A stretch of DNA of 64,000 nt from Patescibacteria group bacterium (GTDB taxonomy: Bacteria > Patescibacteriota > Minisyncoccia > Phycocordibacterales > UBA9973): NCBI GenBank assembly GCA_038063515.1, contig JBBTUY010000002.1, forward strand, positions 65,976 through 129,975, in the 5' to 3' direction. Positions within the stretch are counted from its first letter, which is position 1, and each line of letters starts with the position of its first letter. Both the position numbers and the translations under genes were made by a program. The notes beneath the pieces are model-generated. The model was not told where the DNA came from and did no database searches. It worked only from the letters and a program-made list of their open reading frames with translations. Positions 31,821-40,674 of this stretch are shown here, piece after piece.

Positions 31821-32092
31821 TTGACAGAGAGAGAGTTATTTATTAGTCTGTTTTTGGAGGACTATAGTATGGGGAATTTCTCTCCATACTATAGTTTAAT
31901 ATGAAAAAATTTTTATGCATTATCACGAGCATTGTCTACGTTTGTAGACAATGCTCGTTTAAAACTCATGAGGACTGGAAGGCAGTCCGTCATGAGCTTG
32001 AAATGGGTCACACGTGTGACCCTGAAACACCCAGGTAGAGTGGCAAGGCCCGCAGACTGTCGCCTATGGCGATCAAAGTCTGCGGGCCTTCA
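31821..32092 (+). other. Promoter plus five-hairpin structured cassette with an 11-codon uORF (31869-31904) coupled to a 45-aa ORF
   Basis: TTGACA-17-TAGTCT; GGAGG at 31856; stems at 31861-31895, 31925-31958, 31965-31997, 32005-32022, 32045-32090. Confidence 0.65.
31901..32038 (+). CDS. 45-aa peptide with a C2H2 zinc-finger-like motif (not in ORF track)
   Basis: MKKFLCIITSIVYVCRQCSFKTHEDWKAVRHELEMGHTCDPETPR; Y-x-C-x2-C-x12-H-x5-H. Confidence 0.45.
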   Translation: MKKFLCIITSIVYVCRQCSFKTHEDWKAVRHELEMGHTCDPETPR

Positions 32093-32093
32093 T

Positions 32094-32124
32094 AATTTGA
32101 CTTTTTATACCAATTTGCTATTAT
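32094..32124 (+). promoter_or_regulatory. sigma70 promoter of the rpsN-secY unit
   Basis: TTGACT-16-TATTAT with TGn extension; 27 bp identical to 27978-28004. Confidence 0.7.
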
Positions 32125-32248
32125 ATATAGAAGGGTGATATACCTTGATTAATCTACTTTTCTCCTTATCTTTTCAGTTTAATTTATTTGATCTGAAGAA
32201 ATAAGAAACAAAGTTAGATATTAACAGGGTACTCCCATTTTATTATTT

Positions 32249-32434
32249 ATGGCAAAAACATCAGTTAAAGCGAGAGCAGCAAAAACACCAAAGTTCTCTA
32301 CACGTCAAAAGAACAGGTGTTTTCGTTGTGGCCGTGGAAACGGTTACATGAGAGATTTCGCTCTTTGCCGTATATGTTTCAGAGAATTAGCAAACGAAGG
32401 TATGCTTCCAGGTGTTCGTAAATCAAGTTGGTAG
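32249..32434 (+). CDS. rpsN: 30S ribosomal protein S14, zinc-binding (type Z)
   Basis: RCFRCGR...LCRICFRE...PGVRKSSW, 61 aa. Confidence 0.97.
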   Translation: MAKTSVKARAAKTPKFSTRQKNRCFRCGRGNGYMRDFALCRICFRELANEGMLPGVRKSSW

Positions 32435-32440
32435 TCAATC

Positions 32441-32463
32441 ACTTAGGTGTTGGACACCTAAGT
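32441..32463. repeat. REP-like palindrome (10-bp stem, TGG loop)
   Basis: acttaggtgt-tgg-acacctaagt. Confidence 0.55.
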
Positions 32464-32472
32464 AACAAAAAA

Positions 32473-32859
32473 ATGGATTCAATTTCAAACATGTTAATAA
32501 TGATCAAGAATGCAAGTCTAGCAGGCAAAGAGTCTGTTTCTTTTCCAGCTTCTAAGATAAAGTTTGCTATTCTTGAATGCTTAAAGAAAGAAGGCTATGT
32601 CGGAGAAGTTGCTAAGAAAGTTAAGAAAGATCATCCAGTTATAGAAGCAAAGCTTATCTACGTAGACAAGACACCAAAAGTTACACAAGTAGAAAGAGTT
32701 TCAAAGCAGTCACGCCGTGTGTATTTTGGAGTAAAGGATATTCACAAAGTTCGCAACGGTTCAGGTCTTCTTGTACTTTCAACACCAAAAGGAATTTTAT
32801 CAGGACGAGATGCTCGCAAGGAGCAGGTGGGTGGTGAGGCTTTGTTTAAAATTTGGTAA
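32473..32859 (+). CDS. rpsH: 30S ribosomal protein S8
   Basis: MDSISNML, LKKEGY, STPKG, VGGE; ATG at 32473. Confidence 0.96.
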   Translation: MDSISNMLIMIKNASLAGKESVSFPASKIKFAILECLKKEGYVGEVAKKVKKDHPVIEAKLIYVDKTPKVTQVERVSKQSRRVYFGVKDIHKVRNGSGLLVLSTPKGILSGRDARKEQVGGEALFKIW

Positions 32860-32872
32860 TTAGAATAAATAT

Positions 32873-33418
32873 ATGAGTAGAATAGGAAAACAAGAAATAA
32901 CAATACCAAAAGGAGTTACAGTCACTAAAAATGTTGACGTTGTTACTGTTTCTGGTCCTAAGGGCACACTCACAAAGGTTTTCCGAGATGATATTACTAT
33001 CACAATAGCAGGTGAGCTTATAACTTTAAATATAAATAGAAACGACAAATTTTCTAAAGCTCTCTGGGGTACATATGCTTCTCACTTGAAGAACATGATA
33101 GTCGGCGTAGAGACTCCATATACAAAGAAGCTTATTTTAGAAGGTGTTGGATTTAAGTCTGACGTCAAATCAGACGGTCAACGTAAAGAAATTCATTTTG
33201 CTTTAGGCTTCTCTCATCCTGTTATAATTCCTATACCAGAAGGACTCGAAGTTAAAGCAGAGAAGAACATCATTACAGTTACAGGTATAGATAAAGAGCT
33301 CGTGGGTTCTTTCACTGCATCACTTAGATCTTTGAAGAAAGCTGAGCCTTACAAGGGTAAGGGTATGAGATACGAAGGTGAAGTCGTAAGACGTAAGCAA
33401 GGTAAGAAGACTGTGTAG
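32873..33418 (+). CDS. rplF: 50S ribosomal protein L6
   Basis: MSRIGK, LGFSHP, EPYKGKG. Confidence 0.97.
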   Translation: MSRIGKQEITIPKGVTVTKNVDVVTVSGPKGTLTKVFRDDITITIAGELITLNINRNDKFSKALWGTYASHLKNMIVGVETPYTKKLILEGVGFKSDVKSDGQRKEIHFALGFSHPVIIPIPEGLEVKAEKNIITVTGIDKELVGSFTASLRSLKKAEPYKGKGMRYEGEVVRRKQGKKTV

Positions 33419-33436
33419 GTAAACATTTAAAATACA

Positions 33437-33778
33437 ATGCAAAACAAAACAGACAAAAGAATAAGACTTAAAAAGAAAATTAGAGTAAAGATAAATGGTA
33501 CTTCGGATTGTCCACGTCTTTCTGTATTTCGTTCTAATAAGTTTATTTATGCACAGGTTATTGATGATACAATAGGCAAGACACTAATCTCAGCAAGTGA
33601 TATAAAAGCTATAAAAGGCACAAAGACAGAGAGAGCAAAAGAAGTCGGTCGTCAGATAGGTGACATGTGCCTAAAAGCAAAAATACAAAAAGTAGTCTTT
33701 GATCGCAACGGTTTTAGATATACTGGACGAGTGAAATTAGTAGCAGACGAAGCGAGAGCTGTTGGAGTTAAATTTTAA
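33437..33778 (+). CDS. rplR: 50S ribosomal protein L18
   Basis: PRLSVFRSNK, VFDRNGFRY.GRV. Confidence 0.97.
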   Translation: MQNKTDKRIRLKKKIRVKINGTSDCPRLSVFRSNKFIYAQVIDDTIGKTLISASDIKAIKGTKTERAKEVGRQIGDMCLKAKIQKVVFDRNGFRYTGRVKLVADEARAVGVKF

Positions 33779-33783
33779 TTTTT

Positions 33784-34344
33784 ATGGAAAAACCAAACGA
33801 AAAAAAGAATAGCAGTCATCGCTCATCTTCTTTTGGAAGACCAAAGCCTGAATTTGATCAGAAGATTTTAAATATAAGACGTGTGACTCGTGTGGTAGCT
33901 GGAGGACGTAGATTTTCTTTCAGTGTCGCACTCGTTGCAGGGGACAACAAAGGTTCTGTAGGATTTGGCCTTGGAAAGGCTGGAGATACTGCGCTTGCTA
34001 TAAACAAAGCACTTAGAAATGCAAAGAAGAACATGGTTACTTTAAAACTTACAAAAACTATGTCCATACCTCACGAGCTTTCTGCAAAGTTTTCTAGTTC
34101 AAACATAGTACTATATCCAAACTTTGGACGTGGACTCGTGGCTGGATCTGTCGTACGTGATATCATAAAACTATCAGGCATGAAAGATATTACTGGTAAG
34201 GTTTTGTCAAAGAGTAAAAATAAATTAAACAACACAAAGGCAGTCATGAAAGCATTAGAGAATATTTCTGGTAAATACACAAAGGTAGTTCCTGTAAAAC
34301 AGACAGAAGATAAAGGAGAAAAGGTAGCAGAAGCTGTAGCCTAA
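33784..34344 (+). CDS. rpsE: 30S ribosomal protein S5
   Basis: RVTRVVAGGRRFSF, GLGKA, GLVAG. Confidence 0.97.
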   Translation: MEKPNEKKNSSHRSSSFGRPKPEFDQKILNIRRVTRVVAGGRRFSFSVALVAGDNKGSVGFGLGKAGDTALAINKALRNAKKNMVTLKLTKTMSIPHELSAKFSSSNIVLYPNFGRGLVAGSVVRDIIKLSGMKDITGKVLSKSKNKLNNTKAVMKALENISGKYTKVVPVKQTEDKGEKVAEAVA

Positions 34345-34353
34345 TATAAATAT

Positions 34354-34668
34354 ATGCAGATACATAATCTAAAAAGACAACATAAAAACAAAAAGGATAG
34401 ACTTGTAGGTCGCGGTGGTAAACACGCGAAGACTTCAGGTCGTGGTGGTAAAGGTCAGACAGCTCGTGCTGGTAACAAGCGTCGCCCTGAACTTCGTGAT
34501 ATCATAAAGAAGCTACCTAAAAATCGTGGATATAAATTTCAATCTACTAATAAAAAGCCTTATCAGGTTTCAAAAGATAAGGTAGTGTCTACTTTAGGTG
34601 TTGTAGAAAATTTTTCCGAGATCAGGAAGCGTCTCGGAGTAAAAGGTAAGAAGATATTAGTTAAATAA
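34354..34668 (+). CDS. rplO: 50S ribosomal protein L15 (short form)
   Basis: VGRGG...KTSGRGGKGQTARAG, LPK.RG. Confidence 0.93.
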   Translation: MQIHNLKRQHKNKKDRLVGRGGKHAKTSGRGGKGQTARAGNKRRPELRDIIKKLPKNRGYKFQSTNKKPYQVSKDKVVSTLGVVENFSEIRKRLGVKGKKILVK

Positions 34669-34710
34669 AACAGATCTCACAGTTCTGAGTTCTGTTTGGA
34701 AAATAAAACA

Positions 34711-35985
34711 ATGCAAAATTTTTGGACTAAATTAAAATTAATATGGACAGATAGAGGACTTCGAAACAAGATCTTTTTTGTCTTTGCAACTTTGATAGTT
34801 TTCAGACTACTTGCTGCTATTCCTATTCCCGGTATAGATACTTTTGCTTTAACTAGGTTCCTTTCAAACAATCAATTTTTTGGAATTTTAAACATATTCT
34901 CTGGAGGAGGACTCACTAATCTCTCTATAATAATGCTTGGTGTAGGACCATACATTACTGCATCTATTATAATGCAGCTTCTCACCATCATGGTACCTGC
35001 TTTAAAGAGAATTTACAGCGAAGAAGGCGAGGCTGGTAGAAAGAGATTTACTCAATACTCAAGACTACTTACTGTACCGCTTGCAGCATTACAAGGTTTT
35101 GCCCTTTTGTCTATTTTAGAAAGTCAGGGTATTTTACTTGATTTAACAAGTTTTGATCGCATCACAAATCTATTTATCGTTATTGCAGGGTCCGTACTCC
35201 TTATGTGGATCGGAGAGCTTGTCTCTGAGTTTGGTATTGGTAATGGTGTTTCACTCATAATATTTGCGGGTATCGTATCTGGTCTTCCTGCAAGTGTGGG
35301 CCAGTTCATCTTTGCTTTTGATGTGGCACAACTACCTCTTTACTTAGCATTTCTTGTTGTTGGTATTATAGTCATCGCAGGCATTGTGCTTGTGACTGAA
35401 GCTGAGCGCCCAATACCTGTAACTTATGCAAAGCGTGTACGAGGAATGAAGATGTATGGTGGAGGTTCTACATACTTACCACTTCGTATAAACCAAGCTG
35501 GAGTTATACCTATTATCTTCGGTCTGGCTATACTTTCTTTTCCTCAAATGATCGGTACAATACTTGGTCGTTTTGAGACACAGGCTATTTTGGTAAAGAT
35601 TTCTAAAGTATTACTTTCTTTCTCACAGACTTCTATTTTGTACGCAGTTCTATACTTCTTCTTAGTATTTTTGTTCACATACTTTTATACTGCTGTTACG
35701 TTTGATCCAGAAGCTCTCTCAACAAATCTACAGAAAAATGGCGCATTTATCCCAGGTATTCGTCCAGGTGCATCGACTTCCGAATATATTTCAAAAGTAT
35801 TAACTCGCATTACTTTACTCGGAGCGCTCTTCTTAGGTTTTATAGCTGTACTTCCTATCATCATGCAACATGCGACAGGTATCACTACTATTGCTCTCGG
35901 AGGAACATCAATACTTATCGTAGTATCTGTAGTCCTTGATCTCATTAAGAAAGTAGACGCGCAGGTGTCTATGAGAGAATACTAA
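34711..35985 (+). CDS. secY: Preprotein translocase subunit SecY
   Basis: LGVGPYITASII, GIGNGVSLIIF, AGVIPIIF, IPGIRPG, GGTSILI. Confidence 0.98.
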   Translation: MQNFWTKLKLIWTDRGLRNKIFFVFATLIVFRLLAAIPIPGIDTFALTRFLSNNQFFGILNIFSGGGLTNLSIIMLGVGPYITASIIMQLLTIMVPALKRIYSEEGEAGRKRFTQYSRLLTVPLAALQGFALLSILESQGILLDLTSFDRITNLFIVIAGSVLLMWIGELVSEFGIGNGVSLIIFAGIVSGLPASVGQFIFAFDVAQLPLYLAFLVVGIIVIAGIVLVTEAERPIPVTYAKRVRGMKMYGGGSTYLPLRINQAGVIPIIFGLAILSFPQMIGTILGRFETQAILVKISKVLLSFSQTSILYAVLYFFLVFLFTYFYTAVTFDPEALSTNLQKNGAFIPGIRPGASTSEYISKVLTRITLLGALFLGFIAVLPIIMQHATGITTIALGGTSILIVVSVVLDLIKKVDAQVSMREY

Positions 35986-36548
35986 TTTTCTTTCCACTTC
36001 TTATATTCTAAAAGAATAGCACTTACAACCTCCTCGAGGTTGTTTTTGTTTGTATCTATGACGAGGTCGTAGTTACTCATATCTGTGCTATCTATTTTAT
36101 ATAATTCCCAGTATCTCTTTTGTTCGCTCTCGTAGCGTTCATTCATCCTCTTGTATACTTCTTCTGCTGTAGTTTCTTTTTCAGTTTCTTGTCTTAATTT
36201 GTTTTCCTTCAAACTTTTCATTATCCTATTTTTAGCTATCTCAGGAGGTAGGTCGAGGTAGACTTTAAAGGATTCGGGTATCCAGTAGTAGGCTGTGCGA
36301 GAGTCTATGACTATTTTTTCTTTGTTTCTCATGCTTCGGACTTTTTCATCTGTCATTTTGTCTATATTGCCGTCAGTTTCTGCTCGTATATTTAAGTCTA
36401 TCACAGATAGTCCTAGTTCAATTCCTACTTGTCTAAAAAAGTCTCCTGAGGAGAATCGTGTATATCCTAATTTTTGAGCGACGAGATTTGCAGTGCTTGA
36501 TTTTCCGCTGCCTAGATTGCCATTTATAGTTATAATCTCTTTCTGCAT
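35982..36548 (-). CDS. cmk: Cytidylate kinase (short, archaeal-like type)
   Basis: ITING.LGSGKS, IDSR, RY..LY.ID....YDLVIDT. Confidence 0.8.
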   Translation of the reverse strand: MQKEIITINGNLGSGKSSTANLVAQKLGYTRFSSGDFFRQVGIELGLSVIDLNIRAETDGNIDKMTDEKVRSMRNKEKIVIDSRTAYYWIPESFKVYLDLPPEIAKNRIMKSLKENKLRQETEKETTAEEVYKRMNERYESEQKRYWELYKIDSTDMSNYDLVIDTNKNNLEEVVSAILLEYKKWKEN

Positions 36549-36610
36549 ATAGAGATCATTCTAGTATATAATCCTTGATTATTCAAGCTAAATCTTGTAT
36601 TGTGTAGAGT

Positions 36611-37204
36611 ATGCAAGCTCAAACTTTAGTATTTTTTGGTATCGTGGGTTCCGGCAAGGGAACTCAGGTAAAGCTTGCGACTGAGTTTTTAAAATCTAAA
36701 GGTGTGAGAGAGGTCGTGTGTGTCGGTACTGGAGATATTTTTCGTAAAATTGTAGATTCATCAGCAAATGATGATTATACAAAAATGATAAAAGATTTAT
36801 TGCTTGCTGGAAAATTAGTACCTGACGAAGAGACAAACAAGCTTGTTTTGGATATTGTAGAGTCACAGATGTCTCCCGATAAGGATTTTATTTTTGATGG
36901 CTATCCTAGGACAGTTATCCAGTCGGGAGTTTTTGAAAATATGATGGAAAAATCAGGACGTAAGGATATTAAAATTATTTACATAGAACTTAGTAAAGAA
37001 GAGGCCATGAAGAGGAATTTATTAAGAGGAAGAAGTGATGACACAGAAGCAGGGCTTAACATGAGGTTTGATGAGTATGTAAACAATGTTGTTCCTGCTA
37101 TGAATTATTTTAAAGACAAGACGAGCTATGGTATATATAAAATAAACGGTGAGCAATCCATAGAGGATGTTCATAAAGATATTATTAACGCCTTAGGGTT
37201 TTAA
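36611..37204 (+). CDS. adk: Adenylate kinase (short LID)
   Basis: GSGKGTQ, G.LVPD, DGYPR, RGRSDD. Confidence 0.88.
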   Translation: MQAQTLVFFGIVGSGKGTQVKLATEFLKSKGVREVVCVGTGDIFRKIVDSSANDDYTKMIKDLLLAGKLVPDEETNKLVLDIVESQMSPDKDFIFDGYPRTVIQSGVFENMMEKSGRKDIKIIYIELSKEEAMKRNLLRGRSDDTEAGLNMRFDEYVNNVVPAMNYFKDKTSYGIYKINGEQSIEDVHKDIINALGF

Positions 37205-37214
37205 TTTAAATCAA

Positions 37215-37895
37215 ATGGAAGAAACAATTATAATTTCGTTAGGTGGATCGCTTATTGTGCCAGAAGATATAGATGTTTCTTTCTTGAAAGACTTTAAGAG
37301 TTTAATTCTTGAACAGGTTTCAAAAGGTAAAAAGTTTGCGATCGTGACTGGTGGAGGACGTACATGTCGCAAGTATCAAAATGCAGCGAAAGAGATCACA
37401 GAGACTACGACTGAGGATTTAGATTGGATTGGAATTTCTACTTGTAATTTAAATGCTGAGCTCTTAAGAGTTGTCTTCAATAAAGATGCTCATGATAAAG
37501 TTATATTGGATTTATCTCAAAATTTCTTTCTAGAGAGTCCTATCGTTATCGGAGGTGCACTTGAGCCAGGACACAGTTCAGACATGGATGCAATGCTTGC
37601 TGCAAAAAACTTAGGTGCAAAGAAGATCATCAATCTCTCAAATATAGATTATGCGTATGACAAAGATCCAAATAAATTTCCTGATGCAAAAAAGCTTGAG
37701 AAAGTTTCTTGGGCAGAATACCGTACTTTTATACCAGAGAAGTGGATTGCAGGACTTAGTACTCCTTTTGACCCTATAGCGTCTAAGATGGCTGAAGCAG
37801 AGGGTATAGAAGTCATTATAATGAATGGTAAAAATATTCCAAATTTAGCAAAATGTTTAAACGGTGAGGAGTTTATGGGTACAGTGATTTCTTAG
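37215..37895 (+). CDS. pyrH: UMP kinase (archaeal-like short type)
   Basis: SLGGS, VTGGGRTCRKYQ, PGHSSD, Y.KDP, PFDP. Confidence 0.88.
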   Translation: MEETIIISLGGSLIVPEDIDVSFLKDFKSLILEQVSKGKKFAIVTGGGRTCRKYQNAAKEITETTTEDLDWIGISTCNLNAELLRVVFNKDAHDKVILDLSQNFFLESPIVIGGALEPGHSSDMDAMLAAKNLGAKKIINLSNIDYAYDKDPNKFPDAKKLEKVSWAEYRTFIPEKWIAGLSTPFDPIASKMAEAEGIEVIIMNGKNIPNLAKCLNGEEFMGTVIS

Positions 37896-37927
37896 TTTAT
37901 CATATATGATATGTTAAAAATTTAAAA

Positions 37928-39721
37928 ATGGAGTATAAAAACGAAAATAAAATATGCCAAAACTGTAAAAAAGACTTCGTGATTGAGGTTGAGGATTTTA
38001 ATTTCTATGAAAAGATGAGGGTTCCATCTCCTACTTTTTGTTCACTTTGCCGGATGAAGAGAAGATTTGTTTGGAGGAATGAACGCATGCTCTATAAAAG
38101 AAAAAGTGATTTTACGGGTGATGAGATTTTCACTGCTTTTTCTCCAGAATCAAATATAAAAATTTATGAAAAAGATATCTGGCTAGGGGATAAATGGGAT
38201 CCACTAGATTATGCTATGGAGTATGATTTTAACAGACCATTTTTCACTCAATTTTTTGAATTAATGCAAAAAGTACCATTTAAGAGTTTAAATGTTCAGA
38301 ATGGGGTTGGTAGTCCATATGTTAATAATGTCACAGATCCTAAGAATAGCTATCTAGTTTTTAATTCAAGTAATCCAGAAGACTGCATGTATGGGCATGC
38401 AATAAATTTTTGTAAATGGTGTGTCGATGTTTCTCATGTTTCAAAATGTGAAAATTGTTACGAAGGTTTTTGGCTTACACAATGTTCTAATTCTTCTTTT
38501 TGTTCACAATGTGAAAATTCTTTTAATATGATGTTTTCAAAAAACTGTTTCAGTTGCCAAGATTGTTTTGGTTGTGTGAATTTAAATAAAAAGTCTTATT
38601 GTATATTTAATGTACAGTATTCACGTGAGGAGTATTTAGAAAAAATAAAATCTTTTAATTTAGGTTCATATGAAAGTCTACAAAAGATAAAGAAAGAAGT
38701 TTTTGATTTCTGGATGAAATTTCCTAATAAGTTTTTACAAGGAACTCAGAATACAAATGTAAGTGGTAATTATATAGATCATTCTAAGAATGTAAAGAAA
38801 TCTTTCTTAGTTCGTGAAGGTCAAAATCTAAAGTATTGTCAGTATGTACAGGAACTACCAGGTAGTAAAGACTGTATGGATTATTCTGTTTGGGGTGACA
38901 ATAACCAGCTTGTTTATGAGTGTCATTCATGTGGCATAGGTACACAAAATATTAAATTCTGTGTGCTATGTCAAGAGAATGTTCATGATTTAGAATACTG
39001 TCTATTCTGTCTCGGTGGATCAGAAAATTTATTTGGTTGTGTCGGACTACGTAAGAAGTCATATTGTATTTTAAACAAACAATATACAAAGGAAGAATAT
39101 TTTAAAATGGTAGAAAAAATAAAGAAGCATATGGATGATATGCCATACATAGATAAAAAATGTTCGGTATATAAATATGGAGAATTTTTCCCAAGTGATA
39201 TGACTCCACATGGTTACAACGAGACTTTGGCTCAGGAATACTTCCCCCTAACTAAAAGTACTGCTTTGGCGCAAGACATAAAATGGGTAGAACCCCCAGA
39301 GAGAGAGTATACTTTTGATTTTAAGGTAGGTGCCTTAACTGATGACATTAAAGATGTTGATGATAATATCGTGGGTAAAGTTATTGAGTGTGAACATATG
39401 GGTAAGTGTGATCATCTATGCACTACAGCTTTTCGGATTATTTCTGATGAATTGACTTTTTATCGTAAAATGAATTTACCTTTACCTAGAATCTGTCCAA
39501 ATTGTCGAACTTTTGAAAGATTGAAACAACGTACTGGTATAGAACTTTATAAACGTTCCTGTGATTGTGGTGGAGAGAATTCTAAAAATGCTAAGTATAA
39601 AAATACTACAACACACAGTCATCTTGGTGAACCTTGTCCTAATGAATTTGATACTTCTTATTCTTCTGATAGAAGAGAGATAGTTTACTGTGAGAAATGC
39701 TATCAGCAAGAAGTTTACTAA
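37928..39721 (+). CDS. Large cysteine-rich protein of unknown function
   Basis: Many CxxC pairs, duplicated CFGCV.L.KKSYCI.N.QY..EEY block, terminal zinc-ribbon-like motifs. Confidence 0.85.
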   Translation: MEYKNENKICQNCKKDFVIEVEDFNFYEKMRVPSPTFCSLCRMKRRFVWRNERMLYKRKSDFTGDEIFTAFSPESNIKIYEKDIWLGDKWDPLDYAMEYDFNRPFFTQFFELMQKVPFKSLNVQNGVGSPYVNNVTDPKNSYLVFNSSNPEDCMYGHAINFCKWCVDVSHVSKCENCYEGFWLTQCSNSSFCSQCENSFNMMFSKNCFSCQDCFGCVNLNKKSYCIFNVQYSREEYLEKIKSFNLGSYESLQKIKKEVFDFWMKFPNKFLQGTQNTNVSGNYIDHSKNVKKSFLVREGQNLKYCQYVQELPGSKDCMDYSVWGDNNQLVYECHSCGIGTQNIKFCVLCQENVHDLEYCLFCLGGSENLFGCVGLRKKSYCILNKQYTKEEYFKMVEKIKKHMDDMPYIDKKCSVYKYGEFFPSDMTPHGYNETLAQEYFPLTKSTALAQDIKWVEPPEREYTFDFKVGALTDDIKDVDDNIVGKVIECEHMGKCDHLCTTAFRIISDELTFYRKMNLPLPRICPNCRTFERLKQRTGIELYKRSCDCGGENSKNAKYKNTTTHSHLGEPCPNEFDTSYSSDRREIVYCEKCYQQEVY

Positions 39722-39742
39722 TTTCTAACATATAAATTTACC

Positions 39743-40534
39743 ATGTCTATTATAATCAAAACCAAAGAAGAAATAGAAATATTACGAGAGTGTGGTAAAC
39801 GTCTCGCTACTGTTTTATATAAAGTACAGGACATGATTGCTCCGGGAGTCTCTACGTACGACTTAGATAAATATGCAGAGAAATTAATTCGAGACATGGG
39901 AGACGAGCCAGCATTCTTAGGATACCAACCAGATGGTGCAGACATTCCTTTCCCAGCGACACTTTGTGTGTCTGTAAATGATGAAGTTGTCCACGGTCTT
40001 CCAAATAAAAAAAGAATTCTAAAAGAAGGAGACATTGTGTCTATCGATCTTGGTGTTAAACACAAAGGAATGTTTACTGATATGGCCCTTACGGCTCCTG
40101 TAGGCTCTGTGAATGCATCATCTCGTATGCTAATGGAGAATACGGAGCGAGCATTACAAGTGGGTATCAGTGCGGCTTGTGGTGGTAACACTGTGGGCGA
40201 CATAGGTCATGCTATAGAGAGCTTTGTGAAGTCTCGGGAAAATAAAGAAAAAGGTATCAAGTACGGCATAGTGGATGTACTCGCAGGGCATGGCGTCGGT
40301 AAAAAGATACATGAGGATCCATATATACCTAATTTTGGAAAAGCAGGTACTGGAGCTAAGCTTGTACCCGGTATGGTCATAGCCATAGAACCAATGCTTA
40401 ATAATGGTACTAAAAATGTAAAATTAAGCGACGATGGATACACATTTAATACTGTTGACGGCAAACGTAGTGCACACTTTGAACACACGTTACTCATCAC
40501 CGAAGGTGATCCTGAAGTTCTAACTAAAATATAG
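39743..40534 (+). CDS. map: Methionine aminopeptidase type I
   Basis: SVNDEVVHG, SIDLG, GHGVG..IHEDP, AIEPM, SAHFEHT. Confidence 0.97.
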   Translation: MSIIIKTKEEIEILRECGKRLATVLYKVQDMIAPGVSTYDLDKYAEKLIRDMGDEPAFLGYQPDGADIPFPATLCVSVNDEVVHGLPNKKRILKEGDIVSIDLGVKHKGMFTDMALTAPVGSVNASSRMLMENTERALQVGISAACGGNTVGDIGHAIESFVKSRENKEKGIKYGIVDVLAGHGVGKKIHEDPYIPNFGKAGTGAKLVPGMVIAIEPMLNNGTKNVKLSDDGYTFNTVDGKRSAHFEHTLLITEGDPEVLTKI

Positions 40535-40568
40535 TTTTTTAGAAAACCACAAAAACCGAACTTTTTGT

Positions 40569-40631
40569 CGGTACAGATTTTTTGAAGCTTAAAAAATCCT
40601 GAAACTCTCGGCTCGACAGCCGAGAGACCCC
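40569..40631. repeat. 63-bp REP-like element, copy 1
   Basis: Hairpins ttttgaagcttaaaa and ctctcggctcgacagccgagag; inverted near-identical copy at 49381-49443. Confidence 0.8.
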
Positions 40632-40674
40632 TTAAAAAGTTGTTTTTGTGGTTTTCTATTGTATAATTGTTTTA

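Noticed and set aside
31861-32090. Hairpin series as a CRISPR array, SRP RNA or RNase P RNA
   Set aside because: Hairpins differ in sequence (no direct repeats), no cas genes, and I could not find SRP helix 8 or RNase P P4 consensus motifs
31932-32138. 68-aa ORF from the track
   Set aside because: TTG start inside a perfect stem, no RBS, runs through the rpsN promoter; the 31901 frame has coupling and a coherent motif
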